Shown here: piece by piece, positions 20,734 through 31,328 of the stretch
Numbering within the stretch: the first letter of the stretch is position 1
Layout of the letters: each line of letters starts with the position of its first letter
NCBI GenBank assembly: GCA_963753595.1
Contig: CAVWCX010000024.1
Span: 1 to 64,000 of the forward strand
Direction of reading: 5' to 3'
DNA: 64,000 nucleotides
Source of the DNA: Candidatus Methanoperedenaceae archaeon
GTDB lineage: Archaea; Halobacteriota; Methanosarcinia; Methanosarcinales; Methanoperedenaceae
The notes under the pieces: generated by a model
The model's database searches: none
Told to the model about the DNA's origin: nothing
What the model saw: the letters and a program-made list of their open reading frames with translations, nothing else
Program-made: the position numbers and the translations under genes

Positions 20734-21675
20734 ATGAAAGTATTAGTTACAGGCGGGGCAGGATTTATCGGCTCGCATCTATGCGATCTTTTGCTTGCAA
20801 AAGGCCATGAGGTCATTTGTGTGGATAACCTTGTCACAGGAAATAAAAATAACATTGCCCATATTGAAAATGATAATTTTTCATTCATAGAACATAATGT
20901 CACAAAACCTCTGTATCTTGAAGAAAAGATCGATTATATTTTCCATCTTGCAAGTCCTGCCAGTCCTATAGATTACCTGGAGCTGCCGATCCAGACACTC
21001 AAAGTAGGCGCTCTTGGCACCCACAACATGCTTGGCCTTGCCAGGGATAAAAATGCCCGGTTTTTACTTGCTTCAACGTCTGAGGTTTATGGTGATCCTC
21101 TTGTGAATCCACAAAGTGAAGAATATTGGGGGAACGTAAATCCCATAGGGCCGCGGGGTGTTTATGATGAAGCAAAAAGATTTGCCGAAGCCATTACCAT
21201 GGCATATCACAGGTATCACGGAACGCAAACAAGGATAGTACGCATTTTCAATACTTACGGGCCGCGCATGCGTTTAAATGATGGCCGCGTAGTGCCAAAC
21301 TTCATCGGGCAGGCTTTAAATGGAGAGGACATCACCGTATATGGGGATGGCTCCCAGACAAGGAGCTTTTGCTATGTAAGCGATGAAATTGAGGGAATAT
21401 ATCGCCTGATGATGTCGGATTATTCCGATCCGGTGAATATCGGAAACCCGGAAGAGCACACGATCCTTGAGTTTGCAAAATTCATAATTAAATTGACCGG
21501 GACTGATTCAAAGATCATTTTCAAGGAATTGCCTGAGGATGATCCGAAACAAAGAAAGCCTGATATTACAAAGGCCCGAAGAATCCTTGAGTGGGAACCT
21601 GAAGTTTCTCTTGAGGAAGGATTAAAAAATACAATAAGATATTTTAAGGGTGTTCTGGATTCGGGGAAATCGTAA
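20734..21675 (+). CDS. UDP-glucuronate decarboxylase (UDP-xylose synthase)-type SDR
   Basis: [30 protein letters not shown] and IFNTYGPRM motifs. Confidence 0.9.
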   Translation: MKVLVTGGAGFIGSHLCDLLLAKGHEVICVDNLVTGNKNNIAHIENDNFSFIEHNVTKPLYLEEKIDYIFHLASPASPIDYLELPIQTLKVGALGTHNMLGLARDKNARFLLASTSEVYGDPLVNPQSEEYWGNVNPIGPRGVYDEAKRFAEAITMAYHRYHGTQTRIVRIFNTYGPRMRLNDGRVVPNFIGQALNGEDITVYGDGSQTRSFCYVSDEIEGIYRLMMSDYSDPVNIGNPEEHTILEFAKFIIKLTGTDSKIIFKELPEDDPKQRKPDITKARRILEWEPEVSLEEGLKNTIRYFKGVLDSGKS

Positions 21676-21683
21676 CTTTCCGT

Positions 21684-22118
21684 TCAAAAAATATTATCCA
21701 GTATCACATGGAGGGCATTAGCTGATATTATTCCAAGCAGAAAAAATATTACGTATACTGGTGATAAATCCAATTCTGGTGGAAGTGATTTGAATATGAG
21801 ATAATAAAATCCCAGTATTATTACGCTGATATACAATATCCTCACGATCGCCCCATAATAAATATTATGCGAAGACTTCCTGTGATCGAATAACCACTTA
21901 TAGGGGAGCATAAGGATCTTTAGCCTCCCCCATCGTTTATATGCCGCGCTATCGACATCAAGGTCAGGAGTTACAAATTCCGTGCCAATATAAAATCCCA
22001 GGCATATCGCAAGCAGCATTCCCGGACTGAAACTAAAGATATTTTCTGAATAAAGGACAAAAGCAATAGCTATAAAAATAATGTAATTAAATATCCTGTG
22101 CCTGTTATATCCCGGCAT
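21684..22118 (-). CDS. DUF2227-like metal-binding membrane protein
   Basis: MPGYxxH, PDLD, HRxxSH and LHVILD motifs. Confidence 0.75.
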   Translation of the reverse strand: MPGYNRHRIFNYIIFIAIAFVLYSENIFSFSPGMLLAICLGFYIGTEFVTPDLDVDSAAYKRWGRLKILMLPYKWLFDHRKSSHNIYYGAIVRILYISVIILGFYYLIFKSLPPELDLSPVYVIFFLLGIISANALHVILDNIF

Positions 22119-23095
22119 TACTTTGGATTCAGGTCAAGAGCTACATCTTTCGCAAAATATGTCAGAATCATATCTGCACCTGCCCGCTTTATTGATATCA
22201 GCGATTCGTATACAGCCCTTTTTTCATCAATCCAGCCGTTCCGGGCTGCGGCTTTTATCATGGAATATTCACCGCTTACATGGTATGCAGCCGTGGGCAT
22301 CTTGAATTTTTTCTTTACCCTGTAAATGATGTCAAGATAAGTCATTGCAGGCTTGACCATGATTATGTCTGCGCCTTCTTCGATATCAAGTGCAACTTCA
22401 CGAAGCGCTTCATCGGAATTTCCAGGGTCCATCTGGTATGAAGCCCTGTCGCCAAAGGAAAAGCCTGAGCTTGCAGCTTCACGGAACGGGCCATAAAAAA
22501 CCGAGCAATATTTTGCCGCATAGGACATTATTGGAGTGTCTTTAAAATCGTTATCATCAAGCGCGCTGCGGATAGCTCCAACCATGCCGTCCATCATTCC
22601 TGATGGCGCAACGATATCAGCGCCGGCCCTTGCATGGCTGACTGCGGTCTTTCCCAGGATATCAAGCGTTGGGTCGTTGAGTATTTCATGCTTCTCGCTT
22701 ATCATGCCGCAATGTCCGTGGGATGTATATTCGCAAAGACAGAGGTCAGTGATCACGATAAGGTCATCTCCCACTTTCTTTTTGATAGCTCTCACAGCTT
22801 TCTGGACAACATCATCGTCACCATATGCGTGGGTTCCTGTTTCGTCTTTTTCAGCGGGGATACCAAAAATAATTATTGCCGGGATACCGAGCTTTGCAAT
22901 ACTTGCGGCTTCATCGGCAACAGTTTTAAGGGACTGGCGAAATATACCTGGCATTGCATTAATTTCAAGGGGTTTGGATATTGTTTCATCAACAAATATG
23001 GGACATATCAGGTCCCTGACCTCAAGAGTTGTTTCACGGACCATGGGCCTGAATTTTGATGAGCGCAATCTTCTCATGCGCGTCGTGGGGAACAT
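22118..23095 (-). CDS. hemB: Porphobilinogen synthase
   Basis: RMRRLR, DLCLCEYTSHGHCG, APSGMMDG, YAAKY..FYGPFREA and MVKP motifs. Confidence 0.97.
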   Translation of the reverse strand: MFPTTRMRRLRSSKFRPMVRETTLEVRDLICPIFVDETISKPLEINAMPGIFRQSLKTVADEAASIAKLGIPAIIIFGIPAEKDETGTHAYGDDDVVQKAVRAIKKKVGDDLIVITDLCLCEYTSHGHCGMISEKHEILNDPTLDILGKTAVSHARAGADIVAPSGMMDGMVGAIRSALDDNDFKDTPIMSYAAKYCSVFYGPFREAASSGFSFGDRASYQMDPGNSDEALREVALDIEEGADIIMVKPAMTYLDIIYRVKKKFKMPTAAYHVSGEYSMIKAAARNGWIDEKRAVYESLISIKRAGADMILTYFAKDVALDLNPK

Positions 23096-23267
23096 ATATG
23101 CTTTAATTGGATGGGAAGTACTTAATTATTTCTTGGGAAAGGGTATCAAAAGAGTTTCCACATTTTATGGAGTGGTGATCATGATTGATGATTTCCTCTC
23201 AAAGAATATAATGATTCATGCAAACCTTTTTACGGAGGCAAGGAGTATGCAATAATGGGGCGGTTAA

Positions 23268-24026
23268 ATGATTATTGCAGTATCTGATGTGCATCTTGGA
23301 TATGAAAAGTCGAATACAAATGATTTCCTCCGGTTCCTGGATGAATGCGACTCAAAGAATATTGAGCATTTTGTACTTTTAGGGGATATTTGTGATTTCT
23401 GGAGAAGAAATAACGCAAAGATAGTTACCGAGAATGCTGAAATATTGGCAAAGATTGCAAGTTTAAATGCACGAAATAAATATTATGTAGTCGGCAACCA
23501 TGATTATTATTTATTGAACTTAAATAAAAGATATGAAGAAAATTATCCGTTCACTATATCAAAATCCTTGAGGCTAAAAGATGGTGAAAGCAAGTTTTAT
23601 TTCATGCATGGATACGAATTGGAAGTCCTGGCAAACCTTGAACCGTTAAAGATAGAAAGTTATGAGGAGATTAGTGAAAATATGTGTTTTGCTGAAGATA
23701 GAACGGGTTGGTTCCTCAGCAAAGTTTGGGATACATTTGAAAAAATTGTCGCGGTAAAAGACCATATTGTAATGATGCAGAAAAATCCACATGACAGGAC
23801 AGACATTGATAAAGTTTATAACTATGCTGTTTCTGAAGCTTCATATATGCTCCTTGGAAAGAAACTTGATGAGAAATTTGTTTTTGGGCATACACATAGA
23901 CCTTTTATCACAAAAAAAAGAAATGTAGCAAATACAGGTTCCTGGGTTGCAGAGTTATCCCGGGAATTCCAAAACAGTTATGTGGAGATTTTAAACGGAG
24001 AAATGGATCTTAAGTTCTTCAAATAA
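23268..24026 (+). CDS. Calcineurin-like metallophosphoesterase
   Basis: SDVH, GD, GNHD, HG and GHTH motifs. Confidence 0.88.
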   Translation: MIIAVSDVHLGYEKSNTNDFLRFLDECDSKNIEHFVLLGDICDFWRRNNAKIVTENAEILAKIASLNARNKYYVVGNHDYYLLNLNKRYEENYPFTISKSLRLKDGESKFYFMHGYELEVLANLEPLKIESYEEISENMCFAEDRTGWFLSKVWDTFEKIVAVKDHIVMMQKNPHDRTDIDKVYNYAVSEASYMLLGKKLDEKFVFGHTHRPFITKKRNVANTGSWVAELSREFQNSYVEILNGEMDLKFFK

Positions 24027-24076
24027 TACTCTTTGAACAGAAAGCACATACAAAAATTCAAACCAAAAAGCAAACC

Positions 24077-24112
24077 GATGCCTACTGGATTTAATCCGGT
24101 AGGTTCGTTCAA
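24077..24112 (+). mobile_element. Orphan hairpin resembling an IS200/IS605 right end (may act as a terminator)
   Basis: GATGCCTACTGGATTTAATCCGGTAGGTTCGTTCAA: imperfect palindrome followed by TCAA; no tnpA/tnpB nearby. Confidence 0.45.
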
Positions 24113-24123
24113 ACTTTCCCTGT

Positions 24124-26718
24124 CTAATCAACCTTCCTGAAAACGATCTCTTCCCCTTGCGCATCCACTTCTATCGTATCGCCCTGGCCGAATTCCTTAT
24201 CCAATATCTTCATTGCAAGAGGATCAAGTATCCTGTGCTGGATAGTCCTCTTTAATGGCCGCGCGCCGTATGATGGATCATAACCTGTTCTTGCAATGAG
24301 GTCTCTTGCTGATTCTGTCAGAGTTATTTCGATCTTTCTTTCAGTAAGACGCTTTTTCAGGATATTGAACTGGATATCCACTATTTTCATGATCTCCGAA
24401 AGCTTCAGCGGATGGAAAATAATGATCTCATCAAGGCGGTTCAAGAATTCAGGCTTGAACTTGCTTCGAACGACTTCCATCACTTTTTTCCTCATTTCTT
24501 CTTCATTATCCAGCAGATCAAATATCCACTGGCTTGCGATATTGGAAGTCATTATTATGACCGTATTCTTAAAATCCACAGTGCGGCCGTGACCGTCCGT
24601 GAGCCTTCCGTCATCAAGTATCTGGAGCAGGACATTAAAAACATCAGGATGCGCCTTTTCTATCTCATCTAACAAAACGACCGCATAAGGCCGCCGCCTG
24701 ATGGCTTCTGTGAGCTGTCCGCCTTCTTCATAACCCACGTATCCGGGCGGTGCGCCTATGAGCCTCGCTACAGTATGCTTTTCCATATATTCGCTCATGT
24801 CAAGCCTTATCATCGCTGCCTCATCGTCGAACATGAATTCAGCAAGAGCCCGTCCCAGTTCTGTCTTTCCGACGCCTGTCGGGCCAAGGAACATGAATGA
24901 CCCTATAGGACGCTTCGGGTCTGAAATTCCTGCGCGGCCGCGTCTTACGGCATTGGCGACCGCAATAACAGCTTCTTCCTGTCCGATAACCCGCGCTTTT
25001 ATGCGCTCTTCCATGTGCACGAGTTTTTGCATTTCACCTTCAAGCATTTTGCTGACAGGAATGTGCGTCCACTTCGCAACCACTTCTGCGATATCTTCTT
25101 CATCAACTTCTTCTTTGAGCATCTTCTGGTCTTTCTGGAGTTTGACAAGTTTCTTATTATCTGCATCCAGCTGCTTCTGAAGACCTGTTAGAACACCATA
25201 ACGCAGTTCTGAGGCCCGTTCAAGATTCCCTTCAACTTCTGCTTTCTCAGAGTCCATGCGGGTTTTTTCGATGTCTCCCTTGATCTTCCTGATCTTCTGG
25301 ATGGCATCTTTTTCGAGCTGCCAGTGGGCTTTCATTGAGCTGCCTTTTTCTTTCAGGTCTGAAAGTTCCTTATCGATTTTTTCAAGCCGTTCCTTTGAAT
25401 ATTCATCTTTTTCCTTCTTTACTGCCTGCTTTTCTATTTCAAGCTGCCTTATTTTTCGTGTTATATCATCAAGCTCGGATGGCATGCTGTCGATCTCTAT
25501 CCTGAGTTTTGATGCAGCTTCATCGATCAGGTCTATGGCCTTGTCTGGAAGGAACCTGTCTGTTATGTACCTGTGGGAAAGAATTGCAGCAGTCACAAGC
25601 GCTGCGTCCTGAATTCTTACGCCGTGATGAATTTCATATTTCTCTTTCAGGCCGCGCAATATGGAAATTGTTTCATCAACAGATGGCTCATCCACAAGCA
25701 CAGGCTGGAAACGGCGTTCAAGCGCAGCATCTTTTTCAATATGCTTCCTGTATTCATCAAGCGTTGTGGCGCCGATCACATGCAGTTCCCCGCGGGCAAG
25801 CGCTGGTTTGAGGAGATTTGAAGCATCCATTGCCCCTTCTGCCGCTCCTGCCCCTACGAGGGTATGAAGTTCGTCTATGAAAAGTATGATCTCTCCTTCT
25901 GAATCCTGCACCTCTTTTATCACAGCCTTCAGGCGCTCCTCGAATTCGCCCCTGAATTTTGCCCCTGCAACAAGCGCGCCCATGTCAAGCGCCACAACTT
26001 TCTTGTTTTTGATGGTCTCAGGGACATCCCCTGCAAATATGCGAAGTGCTAACCCCTCTGCTATTGCAGTTTTGCCGACGCCGGGCTCTCCTATGAGTAC
26101 GGGATTGTTCTTTGTTCGCCTTGAAAGCACCTGGAGCACACGGCGGATCTCATTATCCCGACCTATGACCGGGTCAAGCTTACCACGCGCGGCAAGTTCG
26201 GTCAGGTCGCGGCCGTATTTCTTTAGCGCCTCGTATTTTGCCTCAGGATTCTGGTCTGTAACGCTTGATGATCCGCGCACTTCCTTCAGGGATTTCATGA
26301 GCGCGTCCTTTGATACCCCGTTCTCTTTCAGGATGCGCGCCGAGATACCGTTTTTCTCATCAATGATCGCTAGCAGGAGGTGTTCAGTGCTCAGGTATTC
26401 ATCGCGAAGGTTCTTCATTTCGGAAAATGCAGTCTCAGCGACATTGTTCAATCGTGCGGACATGTAAACCTGGCCTGCTCCTGCTCCTTCCACGCGCGGG
26501 AGCTTGCTGATCTCGTCTTCAAGCCGTGAGATTATTCCCGCAGTATTCGCGCCGAGTTTTTGCAGGAGCTGAAGGCTCAGTCCTTCTTTCTGGTTAATGA
26601 GTGCAAGTAAAAGATGCTCGACTTCAAGCTGCTGCTGGTTTTTGTCAAGGGCTATGGCCTGTGCGTCCTGGAATGCTTCCTGGGCTTTGATTGTAAACCT
26701 GTCAAATCTGATGGACAT
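24124..26718 (-). CDS. clpB: ATP-dependent chaperone ClpB
   Basis: Two AAA+ domains ([16 protein letters not shown]), middle coiled-coil domain, N-terminal Clp repeats. Confidence 0.97.
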   Translation of the reverse strand: MSIRFDRFTIKAQEAFQDAQAIALDKNQQQLEVEHLLLALINQKEGLSLQLLQKLGANTAGIISRLEDEISKLPRVEGAGAGQVYMSARLNNVAETAFSEMKNLRDEYLSTEHLLLAIIDEKNGISARILKENGVSKDALMKSLKEVRGSSSVTDQNPEAKYEALKKYGRDLTELAARGKLDPVIGRDNEIRRVLQVLSRRTKNNPVLIGEPGVGKTAIAEGLALRIFAGDVPETIKNKKVVALDMGALVAGAKFRGEFEERLKAVIKEVQDSEGEIILFIDELHTLVGAGAAEGAMDASNLLKPALARGELHVIGATTLDEYRKHIEKDAALERRFQPVLVDEPSVDETISILRGLKEKYEIHHGVRIQDAALVTAAILSHRYITDRFLPDKAIDLIDEAASKLRIEIDSMPSELDDITRKIRQLEIEKQAVKKEKDEYSKERLEKIDKELSDLKEKGSSMKAHWQLEKDAIQKIRKIKGDIEKTRMDSEKAEVEGNLERASELRYGVLTGLQKQLDADNKKLVKLQKDQKMLKEEVDEEDIAEVVAKWTHIPVSKMLEGEMQKLVHMEERIKARVIGQEEAVIAVANAVRRGRAGISDPKRPIGSFMFLGPTGVGKTELGRALAEFMFDDEAAMIRLDMSEYMEKHTVARLIGAPPGYVGYEEGGQLTEAIRRRPYAVVLLDEIEKAHPDVFNVLLQILDDGRLTDGHGRTVDFKNTVIIMTSNIASQWIFDLLDNEEEMRKKVMEVVRSKFKPEFLNRLDEIIIFHPLKLSEIMKIVDIQFNILKKRLTERKIEITLTESARDLIARTGYDPSYGARPLKRTIQHRILDPLAMKILDKEFGQGDTIEVDAQGEEIVFRKVD

Positions 26719-26955
26719 AAGTAGTTTCTCCCTGATGGTTTATTGGTGCGGAAAGGATTAAAAGGTTGCTTTTTGAGGATAAAAAGAAACTTTCTAAGTT
26801 ATAAGAAAGATATGTCATTCTTTCCGCGAGGAAGAAAAGGCTGGTGATTATATATAGCAGATTGCAAACTCAGGCCGTAAGACTCATGAGGTTGACACAA
26901 AAAACTAAACCTTTGGGCGCGCTGATATTGATTCTTTTGTTTAATCTGGCAAAGT

Positions 26956-27196
26956 AACCGCAGATTCCGAGTCGCGCCTCGGAAGGGCGCAGACACGTAT
27001 ACCCCGCTGGCATACGTGGATTCCCGCTCCCGAAGGGTAATCGGGACGCAAATAAACACAGATGCGCATCGTGATTTTCGGGCGCGCTGGATTTTTATTG
27101 TTTTGAGTTAATAATTTATGCTTATGTCCCGTTTTTAATTCGATTTTCAATAAGCGTAGCAATTAATCTGCGTTCATCTGTGTTTATCTGCGGTTT
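26956..27196. repeat. Nested inverted-repeat element with GC-rich multi-hairpin insert
   Basis: Left AACCGCAGAT..[hairpins]..ACGCAAATAAACACAGATG; right AATCTGCGTTCATCTGTGTTTATCTGCGGTT, an arm also seen at 15549-15580. Confidence 0.7.
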
Positions 27197-27334
27197 ATTA
27201 TTCAGTTATCCTATGTTCTTCTAACGCTATTTGATTTCCTGCGCCCCTCTGGCCAAATCGTTCCCTGCTCCCCCTTCGCTGACCCCGCACAGATGTGGGG
27301 CGATGATACATTTATTTTTTTCACAATATTGCTT

Positions 27335-27378
27335 CATACCGTAACGCGAAATAGATCGAAAAATTGCGTAACGGATTT
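27335..27378. repeat. Two copies of the SCGTWACGS palindrome, 27 bp apart
   Basis: CCGTAACGC at 27339 and GCGTAACGG at 27366. Confidence 0.75.
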
Positions 27379-27442
27379 TCCTTATTTCCCCTATCTGTTT
27401 TTTTTCACAATCTTTATCCATTCCCATTATAATTTAGCGCCT

Positions 27443-27949
27443 ATGCTATCACATGACGAATTGATCTCCCTCATCAATGAAAAGCCTCCCCTTGTCGAAA
27501 AAATGATCGACCCTGATATCCAGGTACAGCCCAACGGTATTGAATTAACCCTGCAGCGTGTGGAATTTCATGATGGCCCGGGTTCTGTCGCTTTTGACAA
27601 CTCCGAAAGGAAACTCCCCCAGACAAAAAACCTTGATTTCGACAAGGACGGATGGCTGCATTTACCAAAAGGAAGCTATAAGATCGTATTCAATGAGTTC
27701 GTGAACATCCCTAAAAGCCTCGCAGCTATCGCAAAACCGCGCTCAAGCTTACTTCGGTGCGGCGTGACAGTGGAAACTGCCGTATGGGATGCCGGTTACA
27801 GCGGAAGGTCCGAGAGCCTTCTTGTGGTATATAATGAAAAAGGATTCAGGGTAAAAAAAGATGCGCGTGTGCTGCAGCTTTTGTTTTTCAGGCTTGGGGA
27901 AGAAGTCAGGAAAGGATATTCCGGCATATACCAGAATGAGAATGTCTGA
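27443..27949 (+). CDS. dUTPase / dCTP deaminase family protein
   Basis: QPNGIEL, PRSSLLRCG and AVWDAGYSG motifs; start MLSHDEL. Confidence 0.88.
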   Translation: MLSHDELISLINEKPPLVEKMIDPDIQVQPNGIELTLQRVEFHDGPGSVAFDNSERKLPQTKNLDFDKDGWLHLPKGSYKIVFNEFVNIPKSLAAIAKPRSSLLRCGVTVETAVWDAGYSGRSESLLVVYNEKGFRVKKDARVLQLLFFRLGEEVRKGYSGIYQNENV

Positions 27950-28142
27950 AAATAAAATCGTTCAATTTATATTAGTGAAAGTCATAGAAGTAGCGGCGGA
28001 ATCTATGAATATACTAGATATTACTGAAGATAAGATCTTCAAAACCTTAGGAAAAGGCAAAGCTTCGGATTATAAACCAAAAGAAAAAACCAGTCAGAAA
28101 AAGGATCTTGAACCTTTCGATTACAGTCGCCTTTTAGAATAA
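27942..28142 (+). CDS. Small hypothetical protein
   Basis: Short ORF overlapping the dUTPase stop; start uncertain. Confidence 0.35.
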   Translation: MSENKIVQFILVKVIEVAAESMNILDITEDKIFKTLGKGKASDYKPKEKTSQKKDLEPFDYSRLLE

Positions 28143-28173
28143 ACATTGGATCATCATCGGGATGATCTATTAT

Positions 28174-28725
28174 CTATTTTTTTGCCAGATCAAAATAATA
28201 CTTCATTTTACAGCTCTGCTCCACGAGCGCCGTAACAAAATAAGCTTCCTCCAGCGTTTTTCCGGCAGCAAATGTCCCGTGCCCATAAACGATAACTCCT
28301 TTATGGGAGCCAAGCGCTTGTGCTGCGTTATCTGCAAGTTCCTGCGACCCGGAGGCGCCTTTTACTACAGGTATCTCATGCAGGAAATATTCACCTTCGA
28401 TGTTTATCGGAACAATTGGTTCACTTTCAACAAGCATTGACTCAATAACTGAAAAAAAAGGATGCGCATGGATTACCGAAAGCGCCGGAGTATTTTTGTA
28501 TATAGTCCTGTGAACTATGTTTTCTGATGAAGCGATTGGATCAAGGCTTGAAGGTTTACCAATATCCAATTCCACGACACTGTTCTTGTTTATCTCATCA
28601 AGAGGAACTCCGGTTTTGGTGATCAGCATCTTATCACCATCGCGGATGCTGATATTCCCGAATTGTGATCCCACAAGGGCGCTGTCCACGAGTTTTTTCC
28701 CGAATTTTGAAATATCTTTCCACAT
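28174..28725 (-). CDS. Class II aldolase/adducin family (FucA-like)
   Basis: GNIS, SSE..H, HAHP and GHG motifs. Confidence 0.88.
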   Translation of the reverse strand: MWKDISKFGKKLVDSALVGSQFGNISIRDGDKMLITKTGVPLDEINKNSVVELDIGKPSSLDPIASSENIVHRTIYKNTPALSVIHAHPFFSVIESMLVESEPIVPINIEGEYFLHEIPVVKGASGSQELADNAAQALGSHKGVIVYGHGTFAAGKTLEEAYFVTALVEQSCKMKYYFDLAKK

Positions 28726-28727
28726 AA

Positions 28728-29198
28728 TTATTTTCTCTTAAAAAAAAGCCAGGAATCCTTTCCCTTGAATTTTGTCCTTATCATGGCATATTTCCCCATC
28801 AGCTTTCGCCCCTTTAATTCAAATAGCAGCTCTTCATCCATATCTTTCTCGATCACGAATTCTCCCCTGTCCCAGATGCGGACAGTCCCTGCGCCGTACA
28901 TACCTTCAGGTATGGTTCCCTCAAAATCGGCGTATTCAAGCGGATGGTCTTCGGTCTGTATAGCAAGGCGCTTTATACCTTCTTTTACAGGCGGTTCTTT
29001 TGGGATAGCGTATGACCGAAGGACTCCTGATATCTCAAGTCTCAGGTCATAGTGCAGATGTGAAGCATCGTGCTCATGTACGACGAATATGTTTCCTGCA
29101 CTTTTTTTTGTGCCTCCCTGCGGTTCCGGGGACATTTTAAAATCCCTCATTTTCTGGTATTCTGAAGGCGTCATGATCTCAACCAAAGCTAAAGGCAC
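28728..29198 (-). CDS. Stand-alone LigD 3'-phosphoesterase domain protein
   Basis: FVVHEHDASHLHYDLRLE, RLAIQTEDHPLEY and YGAGTVRIWDRG motifs; true start probably downstream of 29198. Confidence 0.9.
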   Translation of the reverse strand: MPLALVEIMTPSEYQKMRDFKMSPEPQGGTKKSAGNIFVVHEHDASHLHYDLRLEISGVLRSYAIPKEPPVKEGIKRLAIQTEDHPLEYADFEGTIPEGMYGAGTVRIWDRGEFVIEKDMDEELLFELKGRKLMGKYAMIRTKFKGKDSWLFFKRK

Positions 29199-29808
29199 TT
29201 TTGCAAAGTTTGTTCAGTACACATTCCCCGCACAGGGGTTTCCTGGCCTTGCATACTTTTCGCCCATGGCGTATAATAAGAAGTGTAAAAATATCCCAAT
29301 CAGTCTTTGGGATGATCTTTAAAAGGTCTTTTTCAATTTTTTCTGGATTCGTGTTAGCAGTCAATCCCAGCCGCAAGGTAATCCTTTGCACATGAGTATC
29401 AACAGCGATCCCTTCAATTTTGCCAAATGCGCCGGATAATACGATATTTGCAGTCTTACGCCCCACGCCCGGGAGCGTGAGGAGAGCTTCCATTGTATCA
29501 GGGACTTTCGAATCAAGATCATTAACGAGAATTTTAGACAATTCCTTTATATTTTTTGCCTTGTTCCTGTAGAATCCCGTAGAATAAATGTCCTTTTCAA
29601 GTTCTTCCCGGGGAGTTTTAATATAATCCCGGGGTGTCCTGTATTTCTTAAATAGATTTTTTGTGACCGCATTTACCTGCTTATCCGTGCATTGTGCGGA
29701 TAAAATTGTTGCTATCAACAGTTCCAGGGGGTCTGAATAATGAAGTGCGATCTTTACTCCGGGATATTCGTTTTTCAATAATGCGATTATTTCATAAACA
29801 TCCGCCAT
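29179..29808 (-). CDS. nth: Endonuclease III
   Basis: LSAQCTD, LPGVGRKTAN HhH, AVDTHV and C-x6-C-x2-C-x5-C 4Fe-4S motifs; start MADVY assumed. Confidence 0.93.
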   Translation of the reverse strand: MADVYEIIALLKNEYPGVKIALHYSDPLELLIATILSAQCTDKQVNAVTKNLFKKYRTPRDYIKTPREELEKDIYSTGFYRNKAKNIKELSKILVNDLDSKVPDTMEALLTLPGVGRKTANIVLSGAFGKIEGIAVDTHVQRITLRLGLTANTNPEKIEKDLLKIIPKTDWDIFTLLIIRHGRKVCKARKPLCGECVLNKLCKSAFSFG

Positions 29809-29912
29809 ATCCTCTAATATTTGATGCTGGATAGTTAAGAGTTTTGACCAACCGATATTTATAAATGATAGCATTGCCTAATTTATATTTATAAGGATGG
29901 AGGTAAAATTTT

Positions 29913-30167
29913 ATGGCCAAAAAAACTGCATCAAAATCTACCACATCATCTGCATCTTCGTGGTGGAATGAAAGAGGTAAGATAATGTCAATGAAATCCG
30001 AAACTAAAGCAGTGAAACCAAAAAAGAAAGTGAAGACAAAGAAGGCCAGCAAAGCCGAAACAGGGCAAACATATTTTTGTGAAGTCTGCGGATGTGAAAT
30101 GGTCTGCGCTTCAGACAGCTCTGGTGTAGTTGTCTGCTGTGAAGAACCGATGTGTCTTGTGGTCTGA
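29913..30167 (+). CDS. Small desulforedoxin-like Cys4 metal-binding protein with Lys-rich N-terminus
   Basis: YFCEVCG...VVCCEEPM motif; GGAGG SD upstream. Confidence 0.6.
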   Translation: MAKKTASKSTTSSASSWWNERGKIMSMKSETKAVKPKKKVKTKKASKAETGQTYFCEVCGCEMVCASDSSGVVVCCEEPMCLVV

Positions 30168-30191
30168 TTTCACATCTTTTTCTTTTGATTT

Positions 30192-31313
30192 TCATACCAA
30201 AGATTGACGGGATGGGAACTTCAGGCCCGATAATTCAGCAGGATCAACTCCTTTTTTCTGTATCATTACCTTAAATGTCTCGCCCATATCCATTATTAAT
30301 GATTTTATTGGAAGCATTTTTTTATAATAATCCATTGGACTTTTTTCCTGCAAATCCTTCAGGTATTCATCGATCCCAAGCCCCATCAGGAAATGCGCCT
30401 GGTCTGTGAAACCGCATAGTTCAAGGCCGAATTTTCGTCCCCAGTGATCTAATGCCGAAAAATTCACATGAGACGTCATATCCTGTTCACCGATATGCTC
30501 AAACGGCGACTCATTCACCGAATGGTTATGATAACACATAAGAGTGCCACGGTTCCTGTATTCCTGGTAAAGTTCACCTGATGGATAACCGTAATCTATC
30601 GTTATTATAAAACCTTTTTCTAAAGCTGAACTGATCTCCTGTACCCATTTTATCGCATCAAGATTTATTTCGGTACGATACCCGGAAGTTAATGTTACAT
30701 CCAGTTCCTTTAAATAATCCTTTAGCCGGGTAGAAGCGGGTTTTAATACCTCAATGAAATTTTTTTCATACCCTGCAAAGACTTCCATAAGTTCATTTTC
30801 CATTTGTACTACATGCACGGGAAATGCGTCCGGAAGTTCATTGGAAAAAATACAACCCACTATTCCCTTAAGATCCTTTATCGAATCGAACCATTTTATA
30901 TTTTCATTACCCAATCGTTTTTTTTGTTCTTTTCGCAAGGAAAGACTTTTTTCCACGATGCAGTAATTTAATTCCTGATAAAATTCATGATTTTTTTTTA
31001 AATATGAAAGTACATCCCCTGATAGAATACCCTTACCAGCGCCCATTTCCACGACAGTGAACTCTTTTCCTTCTCCAAGTAGATGCCACATTTCCTCAAT
31101 TTGTTTTCCCAGCAGTTCACCGAATGCGGGAGTGAGATTTGAACTGGTATAATAATCCCCCGTCTTTCCTATTTTTTCTTTATCTGATGCGTAAAACCCA
31201 AGCCCCGGGTAATACAATGCCATTTCCATGAAATCATGAAAGGAAATCGGTCCTTGCTGTTTGATTTTCTGGATTATAAGGCTGGATAATGTCATTGTTG
31301 ATTTTGAGGGCAA
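30192..31313 (-). CDS. MidA/NDUFAF7-family SAM-dependent methyltransferase
   Basis: FMEMALY, GDYYTS, EMGAGKG, NELPDAFP, IDYG and QDMTSHVNF motifs. Confidence 0.9.
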   Translation of the reverse strand: MPSKSTMTLSSLIIQKIKQQGPISFHDFMEMALYYPGLGFYASDKEKIGKTGDYYTSSNLTPAFGELLGKQIEEMWHLLGEGKEFTVVEMGAGKGILSGDVLSYLKKNHEFYQELNYCIVEKSLSLRKEQKKRLGNENIKWFDSIKDLKGIVGCIFSNELPDAFPVHVVQMENELMEVFAGYEKNFIEVLKPASTRLKDYLKELDVTLTSGYRTEINLDAIKWVQEISSALEKGFIITIDYGYPSGELYQEYRNRGTLMCYHNHSVNESPFEHIGEQDMTSHVNFSALDHWGRKFGLELCGFTDQAHFLMGLGIDEYLKDLQEKSPMDYYKKMLPIKSLIMDMGETFKVMIQKKGVDPAELSGLKFPSRQSLV

Positions 31314-31328
31314 TAAAAAATAAATGGC

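Noticed and set aside
24296-26467. Long antisense ORFs over clpB (and similar ones over hemB, malic enzyme, pdxS, cheA and MASE1)
   Set aside because: Shadow ORFs of well-supported genes on the opposite strand.
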